Of a stretch of DNA of 64,000 nt, positions 39,110 to 49,889 are shown one piece after another. Under the pieces are notes generated by a model, which searched no databases, was not told the origin of the DNA, and worked only from the letters and a program-made list of their open reading frames with translations. The position numbers and the translations under genes are program-made. Every line of letters begins with the position of its first letter. Position 1 is the first letter of the stretch. The stretch is from Spirochaetia bacterium (GTDB lineage Bacteria > Spirochaetota > Spirochaetia > SZUA-6 > Bin103), in assembly GCA_965198005.1 (NCBI GenBank), contig CBDAOI010000004.1, positions 1,984,001-2,048,000 on the forward strand, read 5' to 3'.

Positions 39110-40072
39110 CTGTGCGCCAAGGCCCCTTGTTCGCGACCGACCGTGTCTCGGTTGATTGGAGACGGCCTTAGCGCCAGCGCCAGTCGCAGACTGACGTTCT
39201 CAGTTAGCGTCGCTCGGCCGCGAACGCCACATCTCTCCGATGGCCCGCACTGTCCGGTCACGGAGCCCACGAACGGACGACGCGTCAGTCATGTGATGAG
39301 GTACCTGGTGCCCGCCTTCGCTGTGACGACGAGTATTGAGAGTGCGCCGATGAGAGACGTACGAGAGACCAACGTCGAGATCGATGCGGTCGCCGGGCGA
39401 ACTACCTGGCACGCTTCCCGGACCCAGCTCTATGGGACCACCTAATTCGGTACACTTCGCCGACTCGGTCTGCGGTGCCCGATGATGCACAGACACTACG
39501 ATGCCAGGCGCTGCTTCGGGCTGACCGGCCAGGTCACACCCATCCACAGCCCGGCGCTCGTCGAACTGGTCGGGCGCGTTCCGGGCGCGCCTCCGGAGTA
39601 CCGACGGGCTCCCAGCCCACGACGTCCTGTCGCGGGCCGGGAGCTGCATGCCAGCCGTGGCGCCAAGGATGGGGCCACGGGTGGAGGTCACCGTGCATCC
39701 GGCGTGATACCGCTGGGGTTCCCGGTTGGCGCCGCGAACTTCGTTCGCGCACACCCACGGGTCGGCGCTGTTGACAGGGTGTCTAAATCGCGAGAGAGTG
39801 CACCGTTAGGGGTTCGGCGAATGCAGATGACGCGCCATGATGACAGTCAGCGCAGTGACCGGTTGGCGCTCACGTTTGGTGAGCTCCGAGTCGTTGACCG
39901 GGTGGTCGCGTCCATAGCAAGCTTGCCTCGCTTGGGGTCGGACGGATCGGAGATGAAGCGCCATGACGACAGTCAGCGCAGTGGCCGGTGGCCGGTCATG
40001 TTCGGTGACGTCCGAGTGGTTGAAAGGGTGGTCGCGCCCACGCTATCATGCCTGGCCTGGGGCGACGGATGA
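39110..40072 (+). repeat. Mosaic repeat plus three promoter-like units, without an adjacent SLOG gene
   Basis: Core palindrome 39266-39300; TTGACA 39771, TTGACC 39894 and TTGAAA-N18-TATCAT 40020-40049. Confidence 0.85.
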
Positions 40073-40107
40073 GTAAAGGGAAACATTAACTAAGGAGGCA
40101 GAGAAGG

Positions 40108-41082
40108 ATGTCTATACTTATTACCGGCGGAACAGGTTGGGTGGGTACTGGCCTGGCGCATAGACTGGTAGAGAGGGGAGAGGACGTCATATTGTTTGAC
40201 ATCGCTCCGCAAATGGAGCGCTTCGCGGAGATCAAGAACAATGTAAAGGTTGTCCAGGGAGACGCAAAGGTCTTGCCTGAAGTGTTGAATGTCGTCAAGG
40301 AAAATAACGTAGAAGGCATATTGCACCTTGTAATGCCTAAATCCCCTACCCCCTGGGCCGCTTATGAAGGGCATGTCCCCGGAATAATGAATGTACTGGA
40401 AGCGGCGCTACTCTTCGAGGTTAAGACGGTGTTGTTCACCAGCAGTATGATGACCTACGGGCTGGGAATACCTACTGAAACCATCACTGATGAGACACTA
40501 CAACGGCCTGCTAGCGAGTACGGTGTAACGAAGCTATATGGTGAGCTTATTGGCAGATCCTACCGGAAGAGATTTGACCTTGACTTTCGCTGCATACGAT
40601 ACCCCAACATCTTTGGTCCCGGATTTTTGCGGGCTCTCCATCCGAAAACTCAGTATGTTGGCTGGATGATTCTAAATGCAGCCCTTGGCAGGCCTGCCGA
40701 ATGTACTGTCAGCGAAGACACCAAGATTCCTGTCATGTACTATGAAGATGCTATGCTGGCTACACAAATGCTGTATGATGCACCGAAAGAGCAAATTGAG
40801 ACCGTGTGCTATAACGTAGTATCGGTATTCCCATCACTAACGGCCAAGGAGGTAGAGCTGGCTATAAAGAAGTTCATTCCGGAAGCTAAATTTACCTATA
40901 AGCCGGACCCATGGGCCATGGATTATATCCGCAATATCAATAACATCGATGACAGCCGAGCTCGTGAGGAATGGGGGTGGGAGCCATTGTATGCCGATTT
41001 CGAAAAAGGAGTGGCCGATTTCATCAAAGAAGTAAGATCGAAACCTGAGTACTACAGCCGGGTCGCGTTAGCAAGCGCATAG
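40108..41082 (+). CDS. NAD-dependent epimerase/dehydratase (extended SDR), low GC
   Basis: TGGTGWVG; YGVTK; RBS AAGGAGG. Confidence 0.9.
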   Translation: MSILITGGTGWVGTGLAHRLVERGEDVILFDIAPQMERFAEIKNNVKVVQGDAKVLPEVLNVVKENNVEGILHLVMPKSPTPWAAYEGHVPGIMNVLEAALLFEVKTVLFTSSMMTYGLGIPTETITDETLQRPASEYGVTKLYGELIGRSYRKRFDLDFRCIRYPNIFGPGFLRALHPKTQYVGWMILNAALGRPAECTVSEDTKIPVMYYEDAMLATQMLYDAPKEQIETVCYNVVSVFPSLTAKEVELAIKKFIPEAKFTYKPDPWAMDYIRNINNIDDSRAREEWGWEPLYADFEKGVADFIKEVRSKPEYYSRVALASA

Positions 41083-41275
41083 CTAGAGTGCGACCCGAGA
41101 CTAGGATGAATATTGCAAGGAGATACAAAAGAGGGATGCAAGCCTACATAATCAGAAGTACCCTCTGGACGCAAGCAGGCGATATGCGATTTCCCAAGGC
41201 GCCCGATATAGTAGTACGCTCGTCCCTCGGTAGTCGGGAAATTAATAATTATCCGTAATAATAAGGGAGGAAACA

Positions 41276-42040
41276 ATGCCATTGCGGGAGAATAAGTTAA
41301 AAGCAAAGTTGAAAAGAGGTGAAGTTATCACCGGAACATTCACGAAGCTCCGCGGACCATACGTGGTGGAGGCTTTTGCAGAGGCTGGTGTGGACTACAT
41401 AGATATGGACGCTGAGCATACGAATTTTGATATGAAAGAGCTAGTGGAGACCGTCAATTATGCTCACCTGGCTGGTGTCACACCTATGGTACGCCTTCCT
41501 GCCTTGGAGCAACATTTCATCACTAGACTGCTAGACAACGGCTGTCAATGTCTGGTCCTACCAAGTATCAGCACCGGAGCGGAGGCCCGGCGGTTCATTG
41601 AGTTTGCTAAATTCCACCCCGAAGGAAAGCGTGCGATGGCCCTGTACGGGGTACCTGATTTACCGGCAGCGTGCGCTCACGCTAACGCCAACACGTTGCT
41701 CGGCCTTATTATTGAGACTCCGGAGGCACTCGAGAACTTGGACGAGATTCTCATTCCCGGGATAGACCTGGTCTGGATAGGCCATACCGATCTCTCACAT
41801 CTCTTGGGTATAGCCGGCCAGTTTGACCATCCCAAGATAACTGAAGCCAGAGAACACGTCCGTGCAATGTGCCAGACGAAAGGTATAGCGTTCTGTCAGT
41901 GGGCTTTACCGCCCACTCCAAGCAAGGTGAAATCATTGTTGGAGAGTGGCATTCGTTGGATAGCGTATGGATCGGATTTATTTTTTCTGGAGCGTGAAGC
42001 GCGAAATGCGGTCGATGAGATCGCAGCTTGGCGCGGTTGA
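41276..42040 (+). CDS. HpcH/HpaI aldolase family, low GC
   Basis: DMDAEH; RLLDNG; IIETPEALENLDEI; IGHTDLS..LG..GQFDHP. Confidence 0.9.
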   Translation: MPLRENKLKAKLKRGEVITGTFTKLRGPYVVEAFAEAGVDYIDMDAEHTNFDMKELVETVNYAHLAGVTPMVRLPALEQHFITRLLDNGCQCLVLPSISTGAEARRFIEFAKFHPEGKRAMALYGVPDLPAACAHANANTLLGLIIETPEALENLDEILIPGIDLVWIGHTDLSHLLGIAGQFDHPKITEAREHVRAMCQTKGIAFCQWALPPTPSKVKSLLESGIRWIAYGSDLFFLEREARNAVDEIAAWRG

Positions 42041-42217
42041 TGAGGTGAGTGAGCAGGATTATCTCACCCCGGTAATATCGGGTTTAGACTACATCAAACT
42101 TGACGACGAGGCTGTGAAACGCTGCTCACGAGCGGTGCGGTACTCATCGAGAAGGCAAGATAGTGCCAGTTCCGATGCGTCTGCCGGCAATCCATCAATC
42201 ACCATCCTATCGATGAT

Positions 42218-42492
42218 GTGGATTGGGAGCCCCCCACAGACCCGGACGTGCGGAACTACCGCATCCGGTTCCTCAAGTCACAGCGTCGCTGCCGAGAAGG
42301 AATGTACGATCCTGGCCGGCGGAAGGCGGTAGTATCGCAATATCCGAACGTAACGCTCCCACGGCATCGAGTTGTCGCGGCTGCGTCGGTTGAGCCAGCG
42401 CCGCCACGTGCGGCGCACTTGGCGCCGAAAGTTCTCGATGGACCGGTAGTTACCGGTGACGCCGTAGTAGGCGTAATGGCCAAGGAGCTTCC
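42218..42492 (-). mobile_element. Group II intron 3' remnant (maturase domain X + domain V)
   Basis: LLGHYAYYGVTGN...W.RWLNRRS; GAACCGGATGCGGTAGTTCCGCACGTCCGG. Confidence 0.8.
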
Positions 42493-42697
42493 GCGAACGC
42501 CACATCTCTCCGATGGCCCGCACTGTCCGGTCACGGAGCCCACCGTTCCTCGTACCAGAGTGCAGCTTGCTCGAGCTCGGCCACCATCCAGCCCACTGCC
42601 GTTTCAGCTCGCTCGCCGCCATAGTGCCCATATTGGATAGGGGAGTTCTTCTGGCTATTAGTGCGGACAGGATCGAGATCAGCGCAGAGGTTACCGC

Positions 42698-43696
42698 TCA
42701 GGGCAGGGCCGGATGCGTGACCAGCAGCGTCTCTCCGACCGCTACCTGCGCCAGCCGCGTTCGCCGGCCGTCGGGCCATTCGACCTCGACGTCGCACTCG
42801 GTTTGGCCGCCCAGACCGAACACCTGCACCAGCGGGTTCTGCGACAGGTAGTTGCTGCCCAGCGTGAGCTCACGCATACGCACCCGTGTGTCGCCGGCGC
42901 CAGTCGTCGTCACGGTGATACGCGCTCCCACCGCTTCGGTGTTGGGCGGCAGGCCACGCAGCTGAACCCGCAGGAAGTTCGCGCCACGCGACTCGTTTTC
43001 CCAGAGTGTCGCGCCTTCGTGCAGGAGGAGGATGTCGACGTCGCCGTCGTTGTCGAAGTCGGCGCACACCGCGACCCGACCGAGCTCGGTGTCGTCCAGA
43101 CCCAGGGGCCCGGCGCGATCGGTGAAGGTCCCATCACCGGCGTTGACGAAGGCGCGTGAGCGGTCGGCGGTGTAGTCGGCCTCGTACGAGCTTCCCAGGC
43201 CGACCCATCCATTGGTGTGATAGATGTCGAGGTCACCGTCGTTTTCGAAGTCGATGGCGCACGCCGCCCAGCCCCAACCGCCGTCGACCACGCCGGCCTG
43301 GTCGGTGGCGTCGACGAAGGTGCCGCCGTCGTTGCGGTAGAGCCGGTTGCCACGAAACGGATCCGGCGTCTCACCCTCGCCGTAGAAGACGCTGCTGACG
43401 AACCAGTCGAGGTCGCCATCGGCGTCGAAGTCGGCCACGAGCCCATGCCGTGATCGTCGATCATCACGCCGGTATCGGTGACGTTGCGGAACGTGCCGTC
43501 GCGGTTGTTGAGGAACACCTGCGACCGGTTGAAGTCGGCCACGAACAGCAGGTCCGGATAGCGGTCGTCGTCGATGCGGGCGAACGTCGGGGTGAACGTC
43601 CAGTCGCGCTGGCGGGACTGGTGGCCTTCGGCGAAGGGCTCCTGCGGATCGGGTAACGTCAGGATGGACGGCGAGATGCCGGCTGCGACGCTTACC
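42698..43696 (-). pseudogene. CRTAC1-like FG-GAP/ASPIC-UnbV protein, 5'-truncated and frameshifted
   Basis: Paralog of 49890 and 58881 genes; DFD.DGDLD repeats. Confidence 0.8.
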
Positions 43697-44590
43697 TTAG
43701 GGCCGGCGCAAGAATAAGTACCTAGTTTTGCCTGTTGTTTCAGGACCGGGGACGGATGGTGTAGTTGCGCAGTGGTTGGACTTGGTGAGGTTCGAGGGCG
43801 ATGGAGGCGAATTCAGTATTGGATACCTTGAGGCCCCTCGGGTACTGCTGATCAACCAAGTGGGCGGCCACGCGGAGTCCGGTCTGTGTGGTGGAGGTGC
43901 GGATGTGGTTGAGGACGGTGTCGTAGTCGCGCAGCGGGACGCCGGCCCAGTTTTTGCTGATCTCGCTGAACAGGCGATGGTCGATGGGGTTCCACTTGGA
44001 GGCGCCCGCGGGATAGTGACAGACGGTGACGGAGAGCTGGTGGGGGTCAACGAGGCGGGTCTGGAGGGCATACTTGAACCTGCGGATGCGTGGCGAGTTG
44101 CTGCCGCCTGAGTCGGCGAGCACCAGCAATTCGTGAGCGCCGGGGTAGCGCTCGCTGCCATCGGACAGCCACCATCTGAGCACGTTGTCGACGGCGAAGT
44201 CAGCGGTATCATGGGAGGTTCCAACAAACACAGCGCCGAAATTGGCGCGGGTGTCGTAGACGCCGTAAGGGATGGCGATGCCGTCGGCCTGGGAGCGGAA
44301 GTCGTGGTCAAGAACGAGCCGAGGAGCCCGGCCCCAGGAGCTGCCGGAGTTCTTGAAATTGCCGACCAGCTCGCGCTTCTTGGAATCGATACTGACGATG
44401 GGTAGGTCCCGTTCGGCGAACTTCATGCGCTGCTGGGCGATGTAGGTGAACTGCTGGTCGCGGTCTGGGCCGGAGCCGGCAGCGACGCGCTTGTGGTTGA
44501 CGCGGAGGCGATAGTCGAGATCCTTGAGGATCCGGGCCACCGTCCTGGGACAGACCTGGATGTCGAGGGTAGCGAGCTGTTGTGAGATCT
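43697..44590 (-). mobile_element. ISAzo13-family transposase, 5'-truncated (ORF 43740-44540)
   Basis: SIDSKKRELVGNFKN; DHDF; ADSGGSN; SKWNPIDHRLFS. Confidence 0.88.
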
Positions 44591-44594
44591 TTGC

Positions 44595-45270
44595 CTAAGA
44601 AAAACTGCCAAGATCCACGTAGCTCGTGCACCGGGCTGAGGAGCGGGCCGAGCACGCCGCAGGGGCAAGCGGAAATAGCCTCGAAACTTCCATCTTCGGC
44701 GGCGAGCCGATTTACGGCGTGCTCACACTCGACCTTCGCCATGGCGTAGCCGACCTCGCCTTTCTCGACGAGGTTATCCGTATTCCATTGGTCATCGTCA
44801 TCGCGGTTGTCGGATGCCCAATCGGCTTCAGTGAAGCGATGGCCCGGCGGTGACGGATGGCCAATCGCTGCGAACGAGCTCGTGTATACGAGACGTCGGA
44901 CCGTGCCCGCTTTGCGCACGGAGTCAACAACGTTCTGGGTTCCGCTGATCGCGCCGTCGTACACCTGTTGGGGGTTGTTCGCGCCCCCGTAACCCATCGG
45001 TGTGCCAACGTGCAACACGGCCGAACAGCCAGCGAAACACTCGTCGTAGCTACCCGCTGCGAGGAGGTTCGCCTCATGCAGCGTGACGGTGCCCGGATGT
45101 TGATCGTTCAACGCGAGCAGGAACTCCGTTTTCTGCGGATCCGTGGCGTCACGTACGCAGGCGCGCACGTCATAGCCGCGGTCGAGCAGTGCAATGACGG
45201 TGTGCGCACCGATGTAACCGGATGCGCCTGTGACGGCAACGGGGCCATCAGACGACGTGACTGCAGGCAT
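44595..45270 (-). pseudogene. Dihydroflavonol-reductase-like extended SDR, 3'-truncated by ISAzo13
   Basis: VTGASGYIG; YTSS; YAMAK. Confidence 0.8.
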
Positions 45271-45327
45271 CGATTTTCCTTTCTCTCATGATTCTGTCTA
45301 CACTGTTGCCGCTTCGGATGAAGAGCG

Positions 45328-45480
45328 TCAAGCGGGCTCGATCACGTCCGGATCGATCTCGACGCCCAGGCCAGGACCGCTTGGCACCCGCATTAATCCA
45401 TCTTCGACCATGGGAGCGTCCTTGAACATCGAGTGATAGGAAGAGTAATCGAGAACCGAACGAGCGTAAAGCACCCGCGA
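45328..45480 (-). pseudogene. Enolase/mandelate-racemase superfamily C-terminal fragment
   Basis: DGLMRVPSGPGLGVEID. Confidence 0.6.
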
Positions 45481-45740
45481 GGTGCAGCGGGGGTCGTGAC
45501 TGATCAGCACGAGGGCGAGCGGGTGGCTGTGGCAGCGGTAACGAGGGCTGTCGCAGGCGGGTGTGGCAAGAATGCCGCGGATAAGGGGGCTGACTCGGGT
45601 TGGATGAGACTCGATGAAGACGCCGCCGCGACCGGCGGGCAGCGGGCGCGGGCGTGCGCTCCTTGCCCTGCGTGGAACCGCCATGCGATCCAAGCGGTTC
45701 GACGCTGCGCCGAGTACCCGTTCAGTTCAGGGTGGTCGGA

Positions 45741-46003
45741 TCAGGGCAGGGCCGGATGCGTGACCAGCAGCGTCTCTCCGGCCGCTACCTGCGCCAGCCG
45801 CGTTCGCCGGCCGTCGGGCCATTCGACCTCGACGTCGCACTCGGTTTGGCCGCCCAGACCGAACACCTGCACCAGCGGGTTCTGCGACAGGTAGTTGCTG
45901 CCCAGCGTGAGCTCACGCATACGCACCCGTGTGTCGCCGGCGCCAGTCGTCGTCACGGTGATGCGCGCTCCCACCGCTTCGGTGTTGGGCGGCAGGCCAC
46001 GCA
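45741..46003 (-). pseudogene. ASPIC/UnbV 3' fragment, near-identical to 42698-42960
   Basis: Direct sequence identity. Confidence 0.8.
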
Positions 46004-46147
46004 GAGCGCCCTAGCGCTGCTAGCGCCTGCTGGAATTTTCGCTCGAATTGGGTCGGATAGGTAGGATGAGGAGGCTGAGGCCGACCAAAAGTGGCCTCGT
46101 AGCGCGCTGAGCCGGGCTTGAGTATCGAGGGCGCGGGGCTGTAAGAG

Positions 46148-47356
46148 CTACGCGAGAGCCTGGAACGCCTTCGCGGTTGCCGTCAGCGCCTGCTCGATGT
46201 CGGCTTCGGTGTGCGCGATCGACAGGAACATGTTGTGCCACGGGTGCAGGTAGACGCCGTTCTGCAGGGCGTGGGTGCAGAACGCCATGCCCTTCTCCAT
46301 CTTCGGGTCGTCCTCGAACATGACGGTGGGGATCTGCGGGGGGCCGCTCTGGCGGATCGCGTGGCCGTAACGGGTGGATTGCTCCGCGAGGCCGTCACGG
46401 AACAGTTGACCCATGCGCGCGGTCAGGGCCGGAGCGTCGACCTCGGCGAGAAGATCGAGCGTCTCGATGGCCGCCGCCAGCGGCGCCGCTTGGTACCAGA
46501 GCGATCCGGTCACGAAGATTACCGCGGCCGCTTCGCGGTAGGGCTCGCTCCCGAGGATGGCCGACAGAGGCTCGCCGTTGGCGATCGCCTTTCCCCAGGC
46601 CGATAGGTCAGGCTGGATTCCCAGCAACGACCAGCTCGCATCCAGGGACAGACGCAGTCCGGCGCGGACATCATCCAGGATGAGCGCCGCGCCCTCGGCG
46701 TCGCAGATCGCGCGCGCCTTCCGGGCGAATGCCGGGTCGGGGAGCTCCTGATGGTAGCCGGCGTCGTGCTTGAACGCCGAGACGACGATGCCCGCGAGGT
46801 CTCCCGAGACCGCCTCGGCAGCTGCGGCGAGGCTGTCGATGTCGTTGTAGGTGTAGGTCGGAAAACGCGCGTGCTCTTCCTCCGGCGTGCCGCGCGACAT
46901 CCGATTCGCCCACGGCTGTGAGCCGTGGTACGCGCCGCTCGCGACCAGGATGTTCCGCTTCTCGCTCCTGGCGCGGGCCACCATGTTGCAAACGGTAGTG
47001 GCGTCGTTTCCGTTCTTCGCGAAGATTGCCCAATCGGCGTGGCTCACCTGGCGCACGAAGCGCTCAGCCAGGTCGACCATGGCCGGCGGCGGGCCGTTGG
47101 CGATGTCCAGCAGATCCCGCTGCGCGTCGGCAGCAGCGGCGATCCGCCGGTTGCCGTACCCTGCGATCATCGGACCATAGGCGCACATGAAGTCTACGTA
47201 CTCGTTGCCGTCCACGTCCCAGAGGCGGCAGCCGTCGGCCCGTTGAAAGTACTGGGGATAGCCCGCCGGCATCTTCCGATAGACTGACATGTGGCCGTAC
47301 ATGCCGCCGGGGATCACGCGCTCGGCGCGTTTTCGGAGTGCTGCGTCGTTGTTCAT
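46148..47356 (-). CDS. Class-III aminotransferase (GSA-aminomutase-like)
   Basis: GCRLWDVDGNEYVD; LILDDVRAGLR; WGKAIANG. Confidence 0.9.
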   Translation of the reverse strand: MNNDAALRKRAERVIPGGMYGHMSVYRKMPAGYPQYFQRADGCRLWDVDGNEYVDFMCAYGPMIAGYGNRRIAAAADAQRDLLDIANGPPPAMVDLAERFVRQVSHADWAIFAKNGNDATTVCNMVARARSEKRNILVASGAYHGSQPWANRMSRGTPEEEHARFPTYTYNDIDSLAAAAEAVSGDLAGIVVSAFKHDAGYHQELPDPAFARKARAICDAEGAALILDDVRAGLRLSLDASWSLLGIQPDLSAWGKAIANGEPLSAILGSEPYREAAAVIFVTGSLWYQAAPLAAAIETLDLLAEVDAPALTARMGQLFRDGLAEQSTRYGHAIRQSGPPQIPTVMFEDDPKMEKGMAFCTHALQNGVYLHPWHNMFLSIAHTEADIEQALTATAKAFQALA

Positions 47357-47462
47357 GTTCCAGACCCCGCTTTGCTAACTTGCATGCTTACCATACACTG
47401 GCCTGGCGGAGGATTGCCAACTGTCAGAACGAACGATCGCCGGCTACTGCTGGCCGCAGAGC

Positions 47463-48932
47463 GTGGAAGCCGGGGAGAGGGTCTCCGTGTTTTGCCACAC
47501 GGAAACGGAGCGCTTCGAAGTCTCTGTGGTTCGGCAAGGACTGGAGGTCACCGAGGTGTACCGAAAGGCCGGCCTTGCGGGCAAAGAGCAAGTGCTCGGC
47601 ACCGAACTATCTGTGACAGGCTGCGACTGGAAGCCGGCACTCGAGATCGGGGTGGATCCCAGCTGGCCGTCCGGGTTCTACCTGGTCCGGCTGCGCGCGG
47701 CGGAGGGAGAGACCGCGGAGGCTTTCTTCGTCGTCCGCTCGCAGCAGCGCCACGATGCGATGCTGGTTCTGTCGACCTCGACCTGGGCCGCCTACAACAA
47801 CTGGGGCGGCCCAAGCTTCTATACTATGAGCTATGAAGGTGGGGTAATGCCCTCTGACGTGATGCCCGGGGGCCACGTTTCCGCGACGCAGCGACCGCTG
47901 CCGAAGGGCTTTCTCGCCAGGCCCGAGCCCCAGAGGTACCGCGCAGCTGGTGTGCAAGATCTTGCGGCCGGCGAGCTCGAGGCGTTCGAGCAAGCCGGTC
48001 ATTCGCTGTGGTCCTTCGCTGCCGGCTGGGCGGGGTGGGAGCATCTCTTCGTTCGCTGGGCGGAGCGGGAGGGTCTCACGCTGGATTACGCCGTCAGCCA
48101 CGATCTGGACCGCGATCAGGACTTGCTCAGCGGCTACTCCCTCTACCTGTCGGTCGGGCACGACGAGTACTGGTCTGGGGGGATGCGCGACACGGTGGAG
48201 GGTTACGTCGACTCGGGCGGGAACGCTGCCTTCTTCTCCGGCAACACATCCTTCTGGCAGGTTCGATTCGAGCGAGGATACGAGCAGGTCGTGGGGTACA
48301 AGCTGGCGTTCGAGGACGATCCGGTGTACGGAACCGAACGGGGCCAGAGCCTCTCCACCATGTGGTCGGACCCGCTGGTCGCGCGACCGGAGAACCACAT
48401 GACCGGCGTCTCGTTTACCCGAGGCGGCTATGCCCACATGCGTAATGCGCCGCATGGCTCAGGCGGCTACACCGTGTGGAGGCCCGCCGACTGGACCTTC
48501 GAGGGACTCGGTTTGTTTTGCGGCGATCTCCTCGGCTCCGATCCGGTGGTCGTAGGCTACGAGTGCGACGGTTGCGATCTCACCCTGCGAGACGGCCTGC
48601 CGGTGGCAACGGGTCGCGACGGAACCCCCGAGGACTTCGTCGTCCTTGCCACAGCTCCAGCCCACCTATGGGAAACGCACGAGGGGGCGGCGGCGGGCCT
48701 GCCGGACGGCTACGTCGGCGAGCTGAACTGGGTGGCGAAACGGTTGGGCGGCGCGGACACGCCCGAAAACCGCGAGAAGTATGCAAGCGGGCGCGCTGTG
48801 ATGGGGCGCTTCCGGCGGGGCCGTGGTGAGGTCTTCACGACGGGCTGCACCGACTGGGTGCACGGGCTCGGCGATCCGGTGGTCGCTCAGGTGACCCGGA
48901 ACGTGCTCGATCGCTTCCTAAAAACGAGATAG
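47463..48932 (+). CDS. N,N-dimethylformamidase beta-subunit family protein (start uncertain)
   Basis: WPSGFY; TWAAYNNWGG; SVGHDEYWS; FFSGN..WQVR; GYECDG. Confidence 0.82.
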   Translation: MEAGERVSVFCHTETERFEVSVVRQGLEVTEVYRKAGLAGKEQVLGTELSVTGCDWKPALEIGVDPSWPSGFYLVRLRAAEGETAEAFFVVRSQQRHDAMLVLSTSTWAAYNNWGGPSFYTMSYEGGVMPSDVMPGGHVSATQRPLPKGFLARPEPQRYRAAGVQDLAAGELEAFEQAGHSLWSFAAGWAGWEHLFVRWAEREGLTLDYAVSHDLDRDQDLLSGYSLYLSVGHDEYWSGGMRDTVEGYVDSGGNAAFFSGNTSFWQVRFERGYEQVVGYKLAFEDDPVYGTERGQSLSTMWSDPLVARPENHMTGVSFTRGGYAHMRNAPHGSGGYTVWRPADWTFEGLGLFCGDLLGSDPVVVGYECDGCDLTLRDGLPVATGRDGTPEDFVVLATAPAHLWETHEGAAAGLPDGYVGELNWVAKRLGGADTPENREKYASGRAVMGRFRRGRGEVFTTGCTDWVHGLGDPVVAQVTRNVLDRFLKTR

Positions 48933-49035
48933 CTCGGCGTCAAAAGAGCGTAGCGATAGTCAACTAGGACCTGATCACCGCCCTCGGGCGCCCCGCAGCT
49001 ACCAAGAAAGCCGCCACGCCTCCTCGGCTATACGA

Positions 49036-49420
49036 CTACCCGCGGGCACAGGTACGCCAACGAACAGCGGTCCCGCCGAGGAATGTCTCTATCTCGTCCT
49101 CCAGCTCGACGTCAGCTGCCAGAAGCTCGACGAGCTGAAAGGCGGTTGCCCGATCCTTGCCCTCCAGTTCACGAAGCAGCGTGTCATAGGCCCTGATCGC
49201 CTGCTGCCCATTGTTCAGCACGTAGCCGAGAATGAGGCCGACCTCGTTGAGCTCGGGAATGCGATAGCCGTCGATCCGCGCCAGGTCGGGCAGCTCGGCG
49301 GGGCTTGCGGAATCGCCCCGCCGAGCCGTGCGATGCGATCGGCGATCTGTTCCGCTCGCGAGCGACTGGCATCAGCGACCTCCTGTATCTTGGCTCTCAG
49401 CAAGAACTCAGACTGCCCCG
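49036..49420 (-). pseudogene. Ferritin-like (bacterioferritin/Dps) remnant
   Basis: AEQIADRIARLGG; AIRAYD...D.AT..L..LLA. Confidence 0.55.
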
Positions 49421-49519
49421 CGATTCGGTTCAGTACCGCGCCGCACCATTAGCTCGTGAGTCCTCATAGGCAAACAGCCCTTAGTGGTCGAAGATCGGAC
49501 GCCGCGGCGCGCTCTCCTC

Positions 49520-49715
49520 GAGCAGCCCCGCTGGCCCCGCCTGCAACGGGCAGGTGCAGGTTGTCCACGACATGCTGGGGCTCTTCACCGACTTCACTCC
49601 CAAGCACGCCAAGCGGTACGCTGAGCTAGGTGGGGCGACGAAAGCAGGCCGTGGCCGACTACCTTCGAGAGGTGTCCGAGGGCAGTTTTCCTACCGAAAA
49701 GGAAAGCTACACGGG
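49520..49715 (+). pseudogene. panB: PanB C-terminal fragment
   Basis: [27 protein letters not shown]...EV..GSFP. Confidence 0.7.
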
Positions 49716-49889
49716 ACTGCTCAGCCGGCGGCGGTCACGGAGATCCGTGTCTATCCGTGTGGATCCGTAGTCGGCTGTCTTTCCGGGTCCTCGACACGGA
49801 GCCGTCTGGTCCCGGCCAACCGCCGCCCGGGCCCCCTCTGGAGCGGGCGCACGTCTGTTGGAGCCCCAAAAAGAGCAAGAGCGGCGGAC

